A stretch of 64,000 nucleotides of DNA from Alphaproteobacteria bacterium. Lineage in GTDB: Bacteria; Pseudomonadota; Alphaproteobacteria; UBA828. The DNA is taken from contig CBDCQT010000012.1 of assembly GCA_965220745.1 (NCBI GenBank), positions 32,001-96,000 of the forward strand, given 5' to 3'. Below are positions 1-8,598 of the stretch, piece by piece. How positions within the stretch are numbered: position 1 is the stretch's first letter; the number at the start of each line of letters is the position of its first letter. The translations under genes and the position numbers were made by a program. The notes below the pieces were generated by a model. It saw only the letters and a program-made list of their open reading frames with translations, was not told the DNA's origin and ran no database searches.

Positions 1-556
1 TGACGGGAGCGGTCCCGACATGGCCGGCGGCGAGGGCGGCGTTCATGATCTGGCTGATGATTTCGAGCGCCTTGTTGGCTCCGCCCGGCGCGGTGCGGCT
101 GTAGGCGTCGAACCACCGCTCGACGTCGATCCGCCGGATGGCGTCCAGCGGGAGGCGGCCGAAGGCGGGGATCAACTGCCGCCTAAGTACAAGGTCGGCG
201 GATCGGCAGGACGACGGGGCGCAGCGGCGGCGGTACGCCGGCCACCACTCGACGAGAACGAAGTCGCGGAACAGGGGAGCGCGGGAACCTCCTTCCACCT
301 TGCACGGGACGGTTCCCAGGCGGAGCGCCAGGGCTCCCTTCCGAGCGTCCTCGACGGTCATGAGCGCAGTCGGGCCGATAGTCCTCCTGACCGGCTCTCC
401 CTGGACGCGCCCGTGCCAGACGAAGCTGCGATGCCCGGACGGGCGCACCCGCACGCCGAGGCCGGGCACCTCGCTGTCCCACACTACGTATTCCGTCTTG
501 CCCGGCTTCAACCTGCCGACGCCCGCGTCGGTCAGCCGGAGCCTCCGCCCCTTCAC
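1..556 (-). CDS. Tyrosine recombinase/integrase, N-terminal part (runs off the window); paralogue of 973-2133
   Basis: Absent from the ORF track. GTG at 556 overlaps the TGA at 553 (GTGA). Translates MKGRRLRLTDAGVGRLKPGKTEYVVWDSEVPGLGVRVRPSGHRSFVW, which aligns with MAAKRRRLTDANVAKLVPAAREYTVWDTRLAGLGVRVRPSGHRSFVY. Confidence 0.85.
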   Translation of the reverse strand, partial: MKGRRLRLTDAGVGRLKPGKTEYVVWDSEVPGLGVRVRPSGHRSFVWHGRVQGEPVRRTIGPTALMTVEDARKGALALRLGTVPCKVEGGSRAPLFRDFVLVEWWPAYRRRCAPSSCRSADLVLRRQLIPAFGRLPLDAIRRIDVERWFDAYSRTAPGGANKALEIISQIMNAALAAGHVGTAPV

Positions 557-858
557 GCCTGCCTCCCCGACAGGACGGGAGACAGGGTCTCGACCGCTTC
601 GCGAACCGTGGCGTCGGACAGGTGCGCGTATTTCAGAGTGGTCGACGCGTTCTCGTGACCGAGCAGGCGACCGACGGTGCGCACGCTCTCGCCGCAGAGC
701 AGTGCCATGCTGGCGTAGGAATGTCTCGTGTCGTGCAGGCGGACGTCCTGCAGCCCGGCTTCCTCCCTCACGCTGCGCCAGAAGGGATCCAGCCACAGCC
801 ACGGGGTGCGCAAACCGGCAACCGGGAAGACCCATCCGGACTGTTGCTCGGCGCGCAT
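553..858 (-). pseudogene. 5'-truncated tyrosine recombinase (C-terminal ~100 aa); paralogue of 2137-3270
   Basis: Contains VRLHDTRHSYAS, GRLLGHENASTTLKY, matching VRLHDCRHTYAS, GRLLGHRNPATTLKY of 2137-3270. The arm-binding domain and first catalytic Arg are missing. Confidence 0.85.
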
Positions 859-972
859 GTTGGCCGCCGATCGGCGTAGTAAAGCGTTGATTCGCTTCGA
901 TTCCGAGGGGTCAAACTTCGACGCCGAACAACGGGTGAGGGGCGCGGCGCCTGCTGGCGGCGGCGCGCCGGG

Positions 973-2133
973 TCAGCCGCCGTTTCCGGCGTCGCCGCCA
1001 TCCATTGTCCGCTCGATGGCTGCGCCGATTCGTTCCGCTGCCGCCTCGGTCTCCCGGTCGCCGACATGGGCGTAGCGCAGCGTCATGCCCGGATTCTTGT
1101 GACCCAGCAGGCGGGAGACAACCGGCAGCGGAACGCCTTGCAGGACGGCATGGCTGGCGAACGTATGCCGAAGGTCATGAATTCGCACGTCTTCGATGCC
1201 GGCTTCCCTGCGCGCCAAGTACCAGAGCGGCAGGTGAGTCGACAGCGGCCGCGCCGGATCGAACGGCGAGGGAAAGACGAAGGCGCTGCCCGATCGCGGC
1301 TGGCGCTCCAGGATGGCGCGGGCCGGCGCATTCAGGAACACCTGTCTCGGTCCGGTCTTGGCGTCGGCGAGGTTGAGCGTGTCTGCGTCCACATCCTGCC
1401 AGCGCATGGTCACAATCTCGCTCTTGCGGCAGCCGGTCAGCAGCAGCAGGCGGATGATGTCAGCCTGTTGCACGCGCGACGGCCGCGCGCCGGCGTAGCG
1501 GTCCAGCACGCGGTGGAGGCGATAGACTTCATCGCACGAGAGGAAGCGGGTGAGCCTGGGTCGGGGGTTGCGCTTGATGCCGTGCGTGGGGTTGGTGTCG
1601 AGGTGGCCGCAGTCGATCGCATGGTTCAGTATCTGGCGGAGCACGTTCAACGCACGATTGGCCCCGCCCGGCGCAGTCCTGCTGTACTCGTCGAACCAGC
1701 GGGTCACGGCGATCCGGCCGATCCGGTCTAGCGGCATCGGGCCGAAGGCCGGAAGCAGGAGCCCGCTCAGGACCAGGCGCACGCCCTTTTGCGTCGACGG
1801 CTTGCATGTGTCGAGCCGCGCCTGCGCCGGCCCCGCGACGAAGTCCGCGAAGGTCGGGACCGCTCCCCGTTCCGGCCTGCGGCCGTGCGGCGCGGTTTCG
1901 ATTTCGAGGCACCGCGCACGCGCTTCCTCGACGCCCATGAGCGCGGCAGGTCCGAGGGTGATCCTGCGCGCGCCGCCCTCGCCCTTGCGGCAATACACGA
2001 AGCTGCGGTGTCCCGACGGGCGGACGCGGACGCCGAGGCCCGCAAGGCGCGTGTCCCAGACCGTATACTCGCGCGCCGCCGGCACAAGCTTCGCCACGTT
2101 GGCGTCGGTCAGACGCCGCCTCTTCGCGGCCAT
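973..2133 (-). CDS. Tyrosine recombinase/integrase with N-terminal arm-DNA-binding domain (second of pair)
   Basis: Catalytic motifs LLTGCRKSE, DAKTG, HDLRH, LLGH and TLRY are all present; 386 aa. Confidence 0.93.
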   Translation of the reverse strand: MAAKRRRLTDANVAKLVPAAREYTVWDTRLAGLGVRVRPSGHRSFVYCRKGEGGARRITLGPAALMGVEEARARCLEIETAPHGRRPERGAVPTFADFVAGPAQARLDTCKPSTQKGVRLVLSGLLLPAFGPMPLDRIGRIAVTRWFDEYSRTAPGGANRALNVLRQILNHAIDCGHLDTNPTHGIKRNPRPRLTRFLSCDEVYRLHRVLDRYAGARPSRVQQADIIRLLLLTGCRKSEIVTMRWQDVDADTLNLADAKTGPRQVFLNAPARAILERQPRSGSAFVFPSPFDPARPLSTHLPLWYLARREAGIEDVRIHDLRHTFASHAVLQGVPLPVVSRLLGHKNPGMTLRYAHVGDRETEAAAERIGAAIERTMDGGDAGNGG

Positions 2134-2136
2134 GCC

Positions 2137-3270
2137 TCAACCCTCCACCAGTGCGGCGCCGACGGTCTCGGCTGCCTCGCGCACCATCGCGTCGGACAGA
2201 TGCGTGTATTTCAGCGTCGTCGCCGGATTGCGGTGCCCGAGGAGGCGGCCGATGGTCAGCACCGTCTCGCCCTGCGCGAGCGCCATGCTGGCGTACGTGT
2301 GCCGGCAATCGTGAAGGCGGACGTCGGACAGACCGGCTTCCGCTCTGACGCGATGCCAGAATTTGCCAAGCGTCACCGCGTGCACGAAGCCGGCCGTCCG
2401 CGGCGAGGGAAAGATCCAGGTTGCCGTACGAGGCAGTCCGTCGAGGACCGCGCGCGCGGGGGACGAGAGCCAGACCGTGCGCGGCCCCGACTTGGAGTCG
2501 CGCAGGAACAGCTTGCCCTCGCGGTACTCGCGCCACTTGAGCGAGACGATCTCGCCCTTGCGGCATCCGGTGAGCAGCAGCAGCCGTACGATCGCCACGA
2601 CCTGCGGATTATCGGCCTCGTGGCGTGCCAGCACTTCGCCCAGCCGGCGCATCTCGGCGGTAGACAGGAAGCGCTCCCGGCCCTGGCGGCGGTAGCGCTT
2701 GATGTCCGCGCACGGATTGGTCCCCTCCGGGCGATAGCCGTAGACCTCGGCCTGGCTCATGATGACCGAGAGCACCGGAGCCGAGCGGTCGGCCGCCACC
2801 GGGGTCTTGTGGAGGGAGGCGAACCATTGCCGGACGTCGCTCGCGGCGATGTCTGCGATCGGGCGCCCCTCGAACCAAGGCAGGATCTGGTTCTTGTAGT
2901 AGCCCCGGTTGACGTTGAGCGTCGAGGGCTTCCAGTTCCGGGCATAGCGGCGGAAGACTTCTTCGGCGACCGTCTCGAAGGCGACGTCCGCCGGTGCTGC
3001 AGTCTCGTCGCCGCTACCGTTGCGGATCGCGGCCAGCAGGCTCCTGGCCCGCTCGCGGGCCTCGTCCAGGCCAATGGCCCCGGCCTGGCCGACGATCTTC
3101 CAGAACCGCCGCCCGTTGTGCTGACTGTGGATGAAGTAACGCCTGGCGCCTGAGGGCAGGACCCTTACGCCAAAACCCTTGAGTTCGCGGTCGCGCACGT
3201 CGTAGGCGGACTTGCGGGGCTTGAGCGCATCGACCCGGCGTTCGCTGAGGCGAACCGTGGCCATTGACAT
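2137..3270 (-). CDS. Tyrosine recombinase/integrase with N-terminal arm-DNA-binding domain (first of pair)
   Basis: LLTGCRKGE, DSKSG, HDCRH, LLGH and TLKY present; GGAGG SD; 3-nt gap to the next integrase. Confidence 0.93.
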   Translation of the reverse strand: MSMATVRLSERRVDALKPRKSAYDVRDRELKGFGVRVLPSGARRYFIHSQHNGRRFWKIVGQAGAIGLDEARERARSLLAAIRNGSGDETAAPADVAFETVAEEVFRRYARNWKPSTLNVNRGYYKNQILPWFEGRPIADIAASDVRQWFASLHKTPVAADRSAPVLSVIMSQAEVYGYRPEGTNPCADIKRYRRQGRERFLSTAEMRRLGEVLARHEADNPQVVAIVRLLLLTGCRKGEIVSLKWREYREGKLFLRDSKSGPRTVWLSSPARAVLDGLPRTATWIFPSPRTAGFVHAVTLGKFWHRVRAEAGLSDVRLHDCRHTYASMALAQGETVLTIGRLLGHRNPATTLKYTHLSDAMVREAAETVGAALVEG

Positions 3271-3358
3271 TCCTCCGGCGTTCCGTTGCAGCCGGGGCGA
3301 AATCGGGGATCGACTCCGTGTCCTCCGGCTAGATCAGGAGGAAAAAAGCAACGCTGTG

Positions 3359-3939
3359 TCAGTATGTTAGAACCGTAGGTGCGCCGGCGGGTGTGAAGTT
3401 GTCTGTGGCTTCGCCGATGGCGTCCCAGAGTTCCGGGACGGTGCGGGCGGCGCGTCGCTTGAGGTAGGCCTTGAACTTGGAGAAGGCCATCTCGATCGGG
3501 TTGAGGTCGGGGCTGTAGGGCGGCAGGAAGTGGAGCTCGGCCCCGGCCTGGTGAATGGCGTCGCGGACAGCGCTGCTGCGGTGGCAGGCAAGGTTGTCCA
3601 TCACCACGATGTCGCCGGGCTTGAGCGTGGGCACCAGCACTTGGTCTACGTAGGCGAGGAAGGCGGCGCCATGCATGGCGCCGTCGAGCACCATGGGAGC
3701 GGTCATCCCGCTCAGCCTGAGGGCACCGACGAAGGTTGTGGTCTTCCAGTGGCCATGGGGCACAGGGGCGCGGCACCTCTGTCCGCGCGGAGCCCGGCCC
3801 GAGCGTCTCGCCATCTTGGTGGACGCGCCTGTTTCATCGACGAAGACGAGCTTCTCAGGGTCGAGATCGGGCTGGGCTTCGACCCAGGCGCGCCTGCGCC
3901 TGAGCACGTCAGCGCGTTGCTGCTCGCTGGCGTGCGCGG
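3359..3939 (-). CDS. IS630 transposase DDE part (orfB), reached by frameshift; aberrant C-terminus
   Basis: [15 protein letters not shown] and [16 protein letters not shown] motifs. The frame continues [12 protein letters not shown] from the A8 run at 3940-3947. Confidence 0.85.
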
Positions 3940-4384
3940 TTTTTTTTGAAGGTGATGCCGCGGCGGTGAAAGAAGCGCCACACCGCGCTCTGGGAGACCC
4001 GCAGGCCGTGCTCGTCCTCCAGGTGGGCGGCGATCTCCGCCAAGGTCATGTCCGGGGTCTCGTCCAGGAGCGCAAGCACCACCTCGGCCCGTGCCTCGAT
4101 CCGCTGCGAGCGTCTGTCGCCGCCCTGCGCTCTCGGCCGCCAGCTGCCCGTGCGGCGCCAGGCGCTGACCCACTTGATCGCCGTCGACGGCGCGATGCCG
4201 AAGCGTCTCGCCGCGCTCCGCCGGGACATGCCGCCATCGACCACCGCCGTCACCACCCGACGACGTAGATCATTCGAAAGAGGTCGCGTCATGCAGGCTG
4301 GCCTCCTTCACCAGCCTGCATCTTGAATCACATCTACAAGCAATTGAAAATTCTAAAGATTCTATAAGGTCGAAAAATGCTCTA
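3387..4384 (-). mobile_element. IS630-family element, 3' end truncated
   Basis: Left end TAGAGCATTTTTCGACC begins at TA 4383-4384. HTH orfA plus DDE orfB. No right IR; transposase-like sequence stops at NFTPA (~3387). Confidence 0.85.
3909..4292 (-). CDS. IS630 transposase HTH part (orfA)
   Basis: [14 protein letters not shown]...[11 protein letters not shown]...GITFKK, typical of IS630 orfA; AAGGAGG SD. Confidence 0.88.
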   Translation of the reverse strand: MTRPLSNDLRRRVVTAVVDGGMSRRSAARRFGIAPSTAIKWVSAWRRTGSWRPRAQGGDRRSQRIEARAEVVLALLDETPDMTLAEIAAHLEDEHGLRVSQSAVWRFFHRRGITFKKNRARQRAATR

Positions 4385-4551
4385 GAGCAATATCCGACCT
4401 GAGTGAATCGTATTAGTTTCCAATGACTTAATGCCCAACAGTCAGATGAACACGCTTTGTGCCGGAAGCTTGGCTAATGCGTCTGTGATGATTGTCAAGT
4501 TGCTTCGCCTTCAAAGCAGGCTGTGATCCAGGCTGATCGGATATTGCTCTA
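4383..4551. mobile_element. 169-bp IS630-type MITE
   Basis: Perfect 15-bp terminal IR TAGAGCAATATCCGA (4383-4397) / TCGGATATTGCTCTA (4537-4551), TA at both ends, no ORF; IR resembles the adjacent IS630 end. Confidence 0.8.
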
Positions 4552-4628
4552 ACAATCACCCACTGAGGGCTTGCCGGCCACGCAAGGCGATTCCTGACCG
4601 CAGGTACATTCGGACCAAATACCTGATG

Positions 4629-5256
4629 TGTTGTTAAGCGTGGAAAATTGCCCCCCCTTTGAATGTGTCCATGAACACGCCCCGTCGTTGGACGGACGGG
4701 GTGGGGGGAGATGCTGGTTGTGGAGACGATAGCGCGGATCCGTCGGGATCATCTTGTGAAGGGCGTTCCGATCAAGAAGCTCGCCCGTGATTTGAGGGTT
4801 TCGAAGAACACGATACGCAAGGTGGTTCGGGGCGATGCGACCTCGCACACGTATGAGCGCACGATCCAGCCGATGCCGAAGCTTGGACCGTGGGTGGACG
4901 AGCTGGAGCGCCAGCTGGAGGCCAACGAGAGGACGCCACGCCGGCTGCGTCTGTCTCTGCTGCGGATCTACGAGGACCTTGCGGCCCAGGGCTACGAGGG
5001 CGGTTATGACGCGGTTCGCCGCTACGCCCGGGCGTGGCGGCGCCGGCGGCGCCTGTTGTCACCGTCTCAGGCCTATGTGCCTCTGAGCTTCGATCCGGGC
5101 GAGGCCTACCAGTTCGACTGGAGCCACGAGTACGCGCGTCTGGCGGGGGCGACGAGCCGTGTGAAGGCCGCGCAGATGCGGCTCTGCTACAGCCGGATGC
5201 AGCTGGTCCAGGTCTTCCCGCGCGAAGGCCAGGAGATGGTCTTCGAGGCGCACGAG
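4629..5256 (+). mobile_element. IS21-family remnant (left end plus 5' part of istA)
   Basis: IS21-like end TGTTGTTAAGCGTGGAAAATTGCCCCCC; interrupted at 5257 by an IS3 terminal repeat. Confidence 0.8.
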
Positions 5257-5259
5257 TGA
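4711..5259 (+). pseudogene. istA: Truncated IS21 transposase IstA
   Basis: IKKLARDLRVSKNTIRK HTH, GYEGGYDAVRRY, FDPGEAYQFDW; its stop codon is supplied by the IS3 IR (TGA 5257-5259). Confidence 0.85.
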
Positions 5260-6035
5260 CCTGCCCCCGTCGACTGGTCCAAGTCGAATGTTAGTGCATT
5301 GCGGGTTTGCCGGCCAAGCTGGGTGACTGGCGGAGCGTAGCGGAGCCGGGCGGCCAGCTTGGCATGATGATCGTCTCCGGGGCGGGCGGCCGGTATCCCA
5401 GGCTGCCGTGTGGGCGGATCGCGTTGTAATGGCACCGCCACGATTCGATGAGAACCTGGGCTTCCTTCAGGGTGTAGAAGATCTCCCCGTTCAGGAGCTC
5501 GTCGCGCAGCCGCGCATTGAAGCTCTCGATGTAGCCGTTCTCCCAGGGTGAGCCCGGCTCGATGAAGGCGGTGCGGGCGCTGACCGCAGCGATCCACCGC
5601 CTGACGGCCTCGGCGACGAACTCCGGACCGTTGTCGGAACGGATCCAGGTCGGAATGCCGCGCAGGATGAACAGGTCGGTCAGCACATCGATGACGTCGA
5701 TCGAGGAAAGCCTCCTGCGCACCCGGATGACCAGGCTCTCGCGGGTGAACTCGTCCAGGACGTTGAGCATGCGGAAGGCCCTGCCGTCATACGTCCGGTG
5801 ATGGACGAAGTCGTAGGACCAGACGTGATCCGCCCTCTCGGCGCGCAGCCGGATGCAGGAGCCGTCATTGAGCCAAAGCCGGCCCCGCTTCGGTTGCTTG
5901 CCGGGCACCTTCAGCCCCTCGCGCCGCCACAAGCGCTCGATCCGCTTGTCGTTGACCTGCCAGCCGGCATCGCGAAGCAGGGCCGCGATGCGGCGATAGC
6001 CGTAACGGCCGTACTGGCGGGCCAGCTCGATCATG
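5257..6035 (-). mobile_element. Partial (3', 779 bp) copy of the IS3/IS407-group element
   Basis: Near-identical to 6036-6814 (offset 779); starts with IR TGACCTGCCCCCGTCGACTGGTCCA; a few substitutions near the orfB end. Confidence 0.92.
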
Positions 6036-6069
6036 TGACCTGCCCCCGTCGACTGGTCCAGGTCGAATG

Positions 6070-6966
6070 TTAGTGCATCGCGGGTTCCTCGGCCAAGCTG
6101 GGTGGCCGGCGGAGCGTAGCGGAGCCGGGCGGCCAGCTTGGCATGATGATCGTCTCCGGGGCGGGCGGCCGGTATCCCAGGCTGCCGTGTGGGCGGATCG
6201 CGTTGTAATGGCACCGCCACGATTCGATGAGAACCTGGGCTTCCTTCAGGGTGTAGAAGATCTCCCCGTTCAGGAGCTCGTCGCGCAGCCGCGCATTGAA
6301 GCTCTCGATGTAGCCGTTCTCCCAGGGTGAGCCCGGCTCGATGAAGGCGGTGCGGGCGCTGACCGCAGCGATCCACCGCCTGACGGCCTCGGCGACGAAC
6401 TCCGGACCGTTGTCGGAACGGATCCAGGTCGGAATGCCGCGCAGGATGAACAGGTCGGTCAGCACATCGATGACGTCGATCGAGGAAAGCCTCCTGCGCA
6501 CCCGGATGACCAGGCTCTCGCGGGTGAACTCGTCCAGGACGTTGAGCATGCGGAAGGCCCTGCCGTCATACGTCCGGTGATGGACGAAGTCGTAGGACCA
6601 GACGTGATCCGCCCTCTCGGCGCGCAGCCGGATGCAGGAGCCGTCATTGAGCCAAAGCCGGCCCCGCTTCGGTTGCTTGCCGGGCACCTTCAGCCCCTCG
6701 CGCCGCCACAAGCGCTCGATCCGCTTGTCGTTGACCTGCCAGCCGGCATCGCGAAGCAGGGCCGCGATGCGGCGATAGCCGTAACGGCCGTACTGGCGGG
6801 CCAGCTCGATCATGTACGCGACCAGGCGGTCCTCGTCGTCGCGGCCGCGCGGGATGCGGCGCTGGGTCGAGCGGTGCTGCCCCAGCACCCGGCAAGCGCG
6901 GCGTTCCGAGACCCCGAGCCGGTCACAGACATGATCGATGCACTGGCGCCGGCGCGAGGGGCTTAG
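6070..6966 (-). CDS. IS3 OrfB, rve/DDE integrase domain (OrfAB via -1 frameshift)
   Basis: YGYRRI, HVWSYDF, IRSDNGPEF and SPWENGYIESFNARLRDE motifs. Confidence 0.92.
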   Translation of the reverse strand, partial: LSPSRRRQCIDHVCDRLGVSERRACRVLGQHRSTQRRIPRGRDDEDRLVAYMIELARQYGRYGYRRIAALLRDAGWQVNDKRIERLWRREGLKVPGKQPKRGRLWLNDGSCIRLRAERADHVWSYDFVHHRTYDGRAFRMLNVLDEFTRESLVIRVRRRLSSIDVIDVLTDLFILRGIPTWIRSDNGPEFVAEAVRRWIAAVSARTAFIEPGSPWENGYIESFNARLRDELLNGEIFYTLKEAQVLIESWRCHYNAIRPHGSLGYRPPAPETIIMPSWPPGSATLRRPPSLAEEPAMH

Positions 6967-7241
6967 AAGTTTCCCCCTGCGGCCTCTTTGAGAATCTGCT
7001 TGTCCAGCGTCAGATCGGAGACCGCACGGCGCAGCCGCTCGTTCTCCTTCTCGAGCTCCTTCAAACGGCGGAGCTGATCGCCGCTCATCCCGGCATACTC
7101 CTTGCGCCAGCGGTAGAAGGTAACCTCGCTGATCCCAAGCTCGCGGATCGCGTCCGCCATCGACATGCCCTGGCCGTTCAGAACCTCAGCCCGCCGCAGC
7201 AGGCTCACGATCTCCTCGGGCTTGTAACGCTTCCTTGCCAT
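6963..7241 (-). CDS. IS3 OrfA (HTH)
   Basis: MARKRYKPEEIV...ISEVTFYRWRKEY...LKELEKENERLRRAVSDLTLDK; GAGGAGG SD. Confidence 0.92.
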   Translation of the reverse strand: MARKRYKPEEIVSLLRRAEVLNGQGMSMADAIRELGISEVTFYRWRKEYAGMSGDQLRRLKELEKENERLRRAVSDLTLDKQILKEAAGGNF

Positions 7242-7506
7242 CGTCGGTCCTCCTCTTTCCATAACCTAAGGGTGGACCAATCCGATGGGGGAGGATCAAT
7301 TGGAGGTCAGGAATGGTCGGGAGTTTACTTCGGAGTGCTTACTTGGTGAATATTTGCTTCGATCCGACGCCTCACTCGAATTCGAGCGTTCTTTCAAGCT
7401 ATTGACGTACAAAGAGTTTGACCGCTCGTGATGCAGACCGTGTTGGTGGTAAGAAATGCGGGTTAGACTCCGTGCCGGCTGCAATCCGGCTGAGGGAGCG
7501 CCGCCG

Positions 7507-8394
7507 ATGACTCGTATCGACATCCAGTTCACCCTGTTCTCGGCCTTCTATTCGCCACTAATCGCGACGATGGCCGGGGGGTTCCTGACTGAGGAGGGGC
7601 TGGAGGCGGACTGGTCGGTCGCGCCGCCGGGAGGTTCCGCCATCGCGGCCCTGAGGGAAGGCACCGCCCATGTCGTGCAGTCGGCGCCGAGCCAGGCTTT
7701 TGGGTCGCTGTCGAAGGGCGAAGACCCCGGCGTCGTCCACTTCGCCCAGATCAACGAGATGGATGGCTTTTTCCTCATCGGGCGGGCGCCGGACCTGGAC
7801 TTTGACTGGCGGAAGCTGGAGGGCGCTGAGGTCGTGCTGTTCGGCGGCGGCCAGCCGCTCGCCATGTTCAGGTATGCTTGCCACAAGGCGGGTATCGATT
7901 ACGGCCGGCTGAAGGCGATCCATCCGGGCAATGCCGCGGAGATCGACCGCGCCTTTCGCGACGGCGTGGGCCAGTACGTCCAGCAACAGGGACCGTTTCC
8001 CCAGCAGCTGGAGGCGGAGGGCATCGGCCATGTCGTGGCGCAGGTCGGCCGCCAGGTCGGCCGCTGCGGCTTCTCCAGCTTGTGCGCCCGGCCGGATTGG
8101 CTGGAAACACGCATGGCGCGGGCCTTTACACGCGCGTATCGCAAGGCCCGGCTCTGGCTCAACGAAACGCCGGCCGCCGAGGTCGCTCGCGCCGAGCAAC
8201 CCTACTTTCCGGAGATCGATCTGGCGGCGCTTGAACGCTGCATCGCCGCCTACCAACAACTCGGCTGCTGGGCGCCGCATATCGAGATTACCCGCCCAGC
8301 TTATGAGGCATCGCTCGATATCTTTGCCTACAACGGCCTGATCTCCGAACGCTTCGCCTACGAGCGGGTCTGTGTAGCGCCGCCGGAAGATTAG
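7507..8394 (+). CDS. NMT1/THI5-like solute-binding-fold protein, no evident signal peptide
   Basis: SAFYSPL...GFLTEEGLE...DGFFLIGR...GGQPLAMF pattern; GAGGGAG SD before ATG 7507. Confidence 0.75.
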   Translation: MTRIDIQFTLFSAFYSPLIATMAGGFLTEEGLEADWSVAPPGGSAIAALREGTAHVVQSAPSQAFGSLSKGEDPGVVHFAQINEMDGFFLIGRAPDLDFDWRKLEGAEVVLFGGGQPLAMFRYACHKAGIDYGRLKAIHPGNAAEIDRAFRDGVGQYVQQQGPFPQQLEAEGIGHVVAQVGRQVGRCGFSSLCARPDWLETRMARAFTRAYRKARLWLNETPAAEVARAEQPYFPEIDLAALERCIAAYQQLGCWAPHIEITRPAYEASLDIFAYNGLISERFAYERVCVAPPED

Positions 8395-8491
8395 CCCAAA
8401 ATCCTGGCCGCGGTTACGGCCAAAAAGCGCCCAGCCGGTGCAATCCGCCGCAAAACCATATATGCACCGCCCCTGACGCGCGCGAACCGGA

Positions 8492-8587
8492 ACCGGGCCG
8501 GAGGCCCGGACGGCGCGACCGCGCCGCGCGCCGAAGACGCGGAGCCAAGCGAGCGGAGCGAGCGCCCGGCGACTGAGGGAAACGAAC
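8492..8587 (+). repeat. Dispersed palindromic repeat, copy A
   Basis: CCGGGCC-GGA-GGCCCGG ACGGCGCGACCGCGCCG...GAGCGGAGCGAGCGCCCGGCG..TGAGGGA; also at 61944-62030 (-) and 63752-63872 (+). Confidence 0.85.
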
Positions 8588-8598
8588 AAGAGCGAATC

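Larger units (their letters stand above)
849..3386 (-). mobile_element. Putative two-recombinase element (~2.5 kb)
   Basis: Contains only two recombinase genes and both flanking genes break at its edges. Imperfect inverted end motifs: CGGCGC(849)..AGCGTTGATT(883-892) and AAGCAACGCT(3346-3355)..GCGCCG(3381-3386). Confidence 0.5.
6036..7298 (-). mobile_element. Complete IS3-family (IS407-group) element, 1263 bp
   Basis: IRs TGACCTGCCCCCGTCGACTGGTCCA (6036) and TGATCCTCCCCCATCGGATTGGTCCA (7298, minus strand); orfA/orfB with G_GGA_AAC slippery site at 6969-6975. Confidence 0.93.

Noticed and set aside
5291-6376. 361-aa ORF joining an alternative-frame IS tail to orfB
   Set aside because: By-product of the tandem IS junction; the N-terminal part is off-frame IS sequence.
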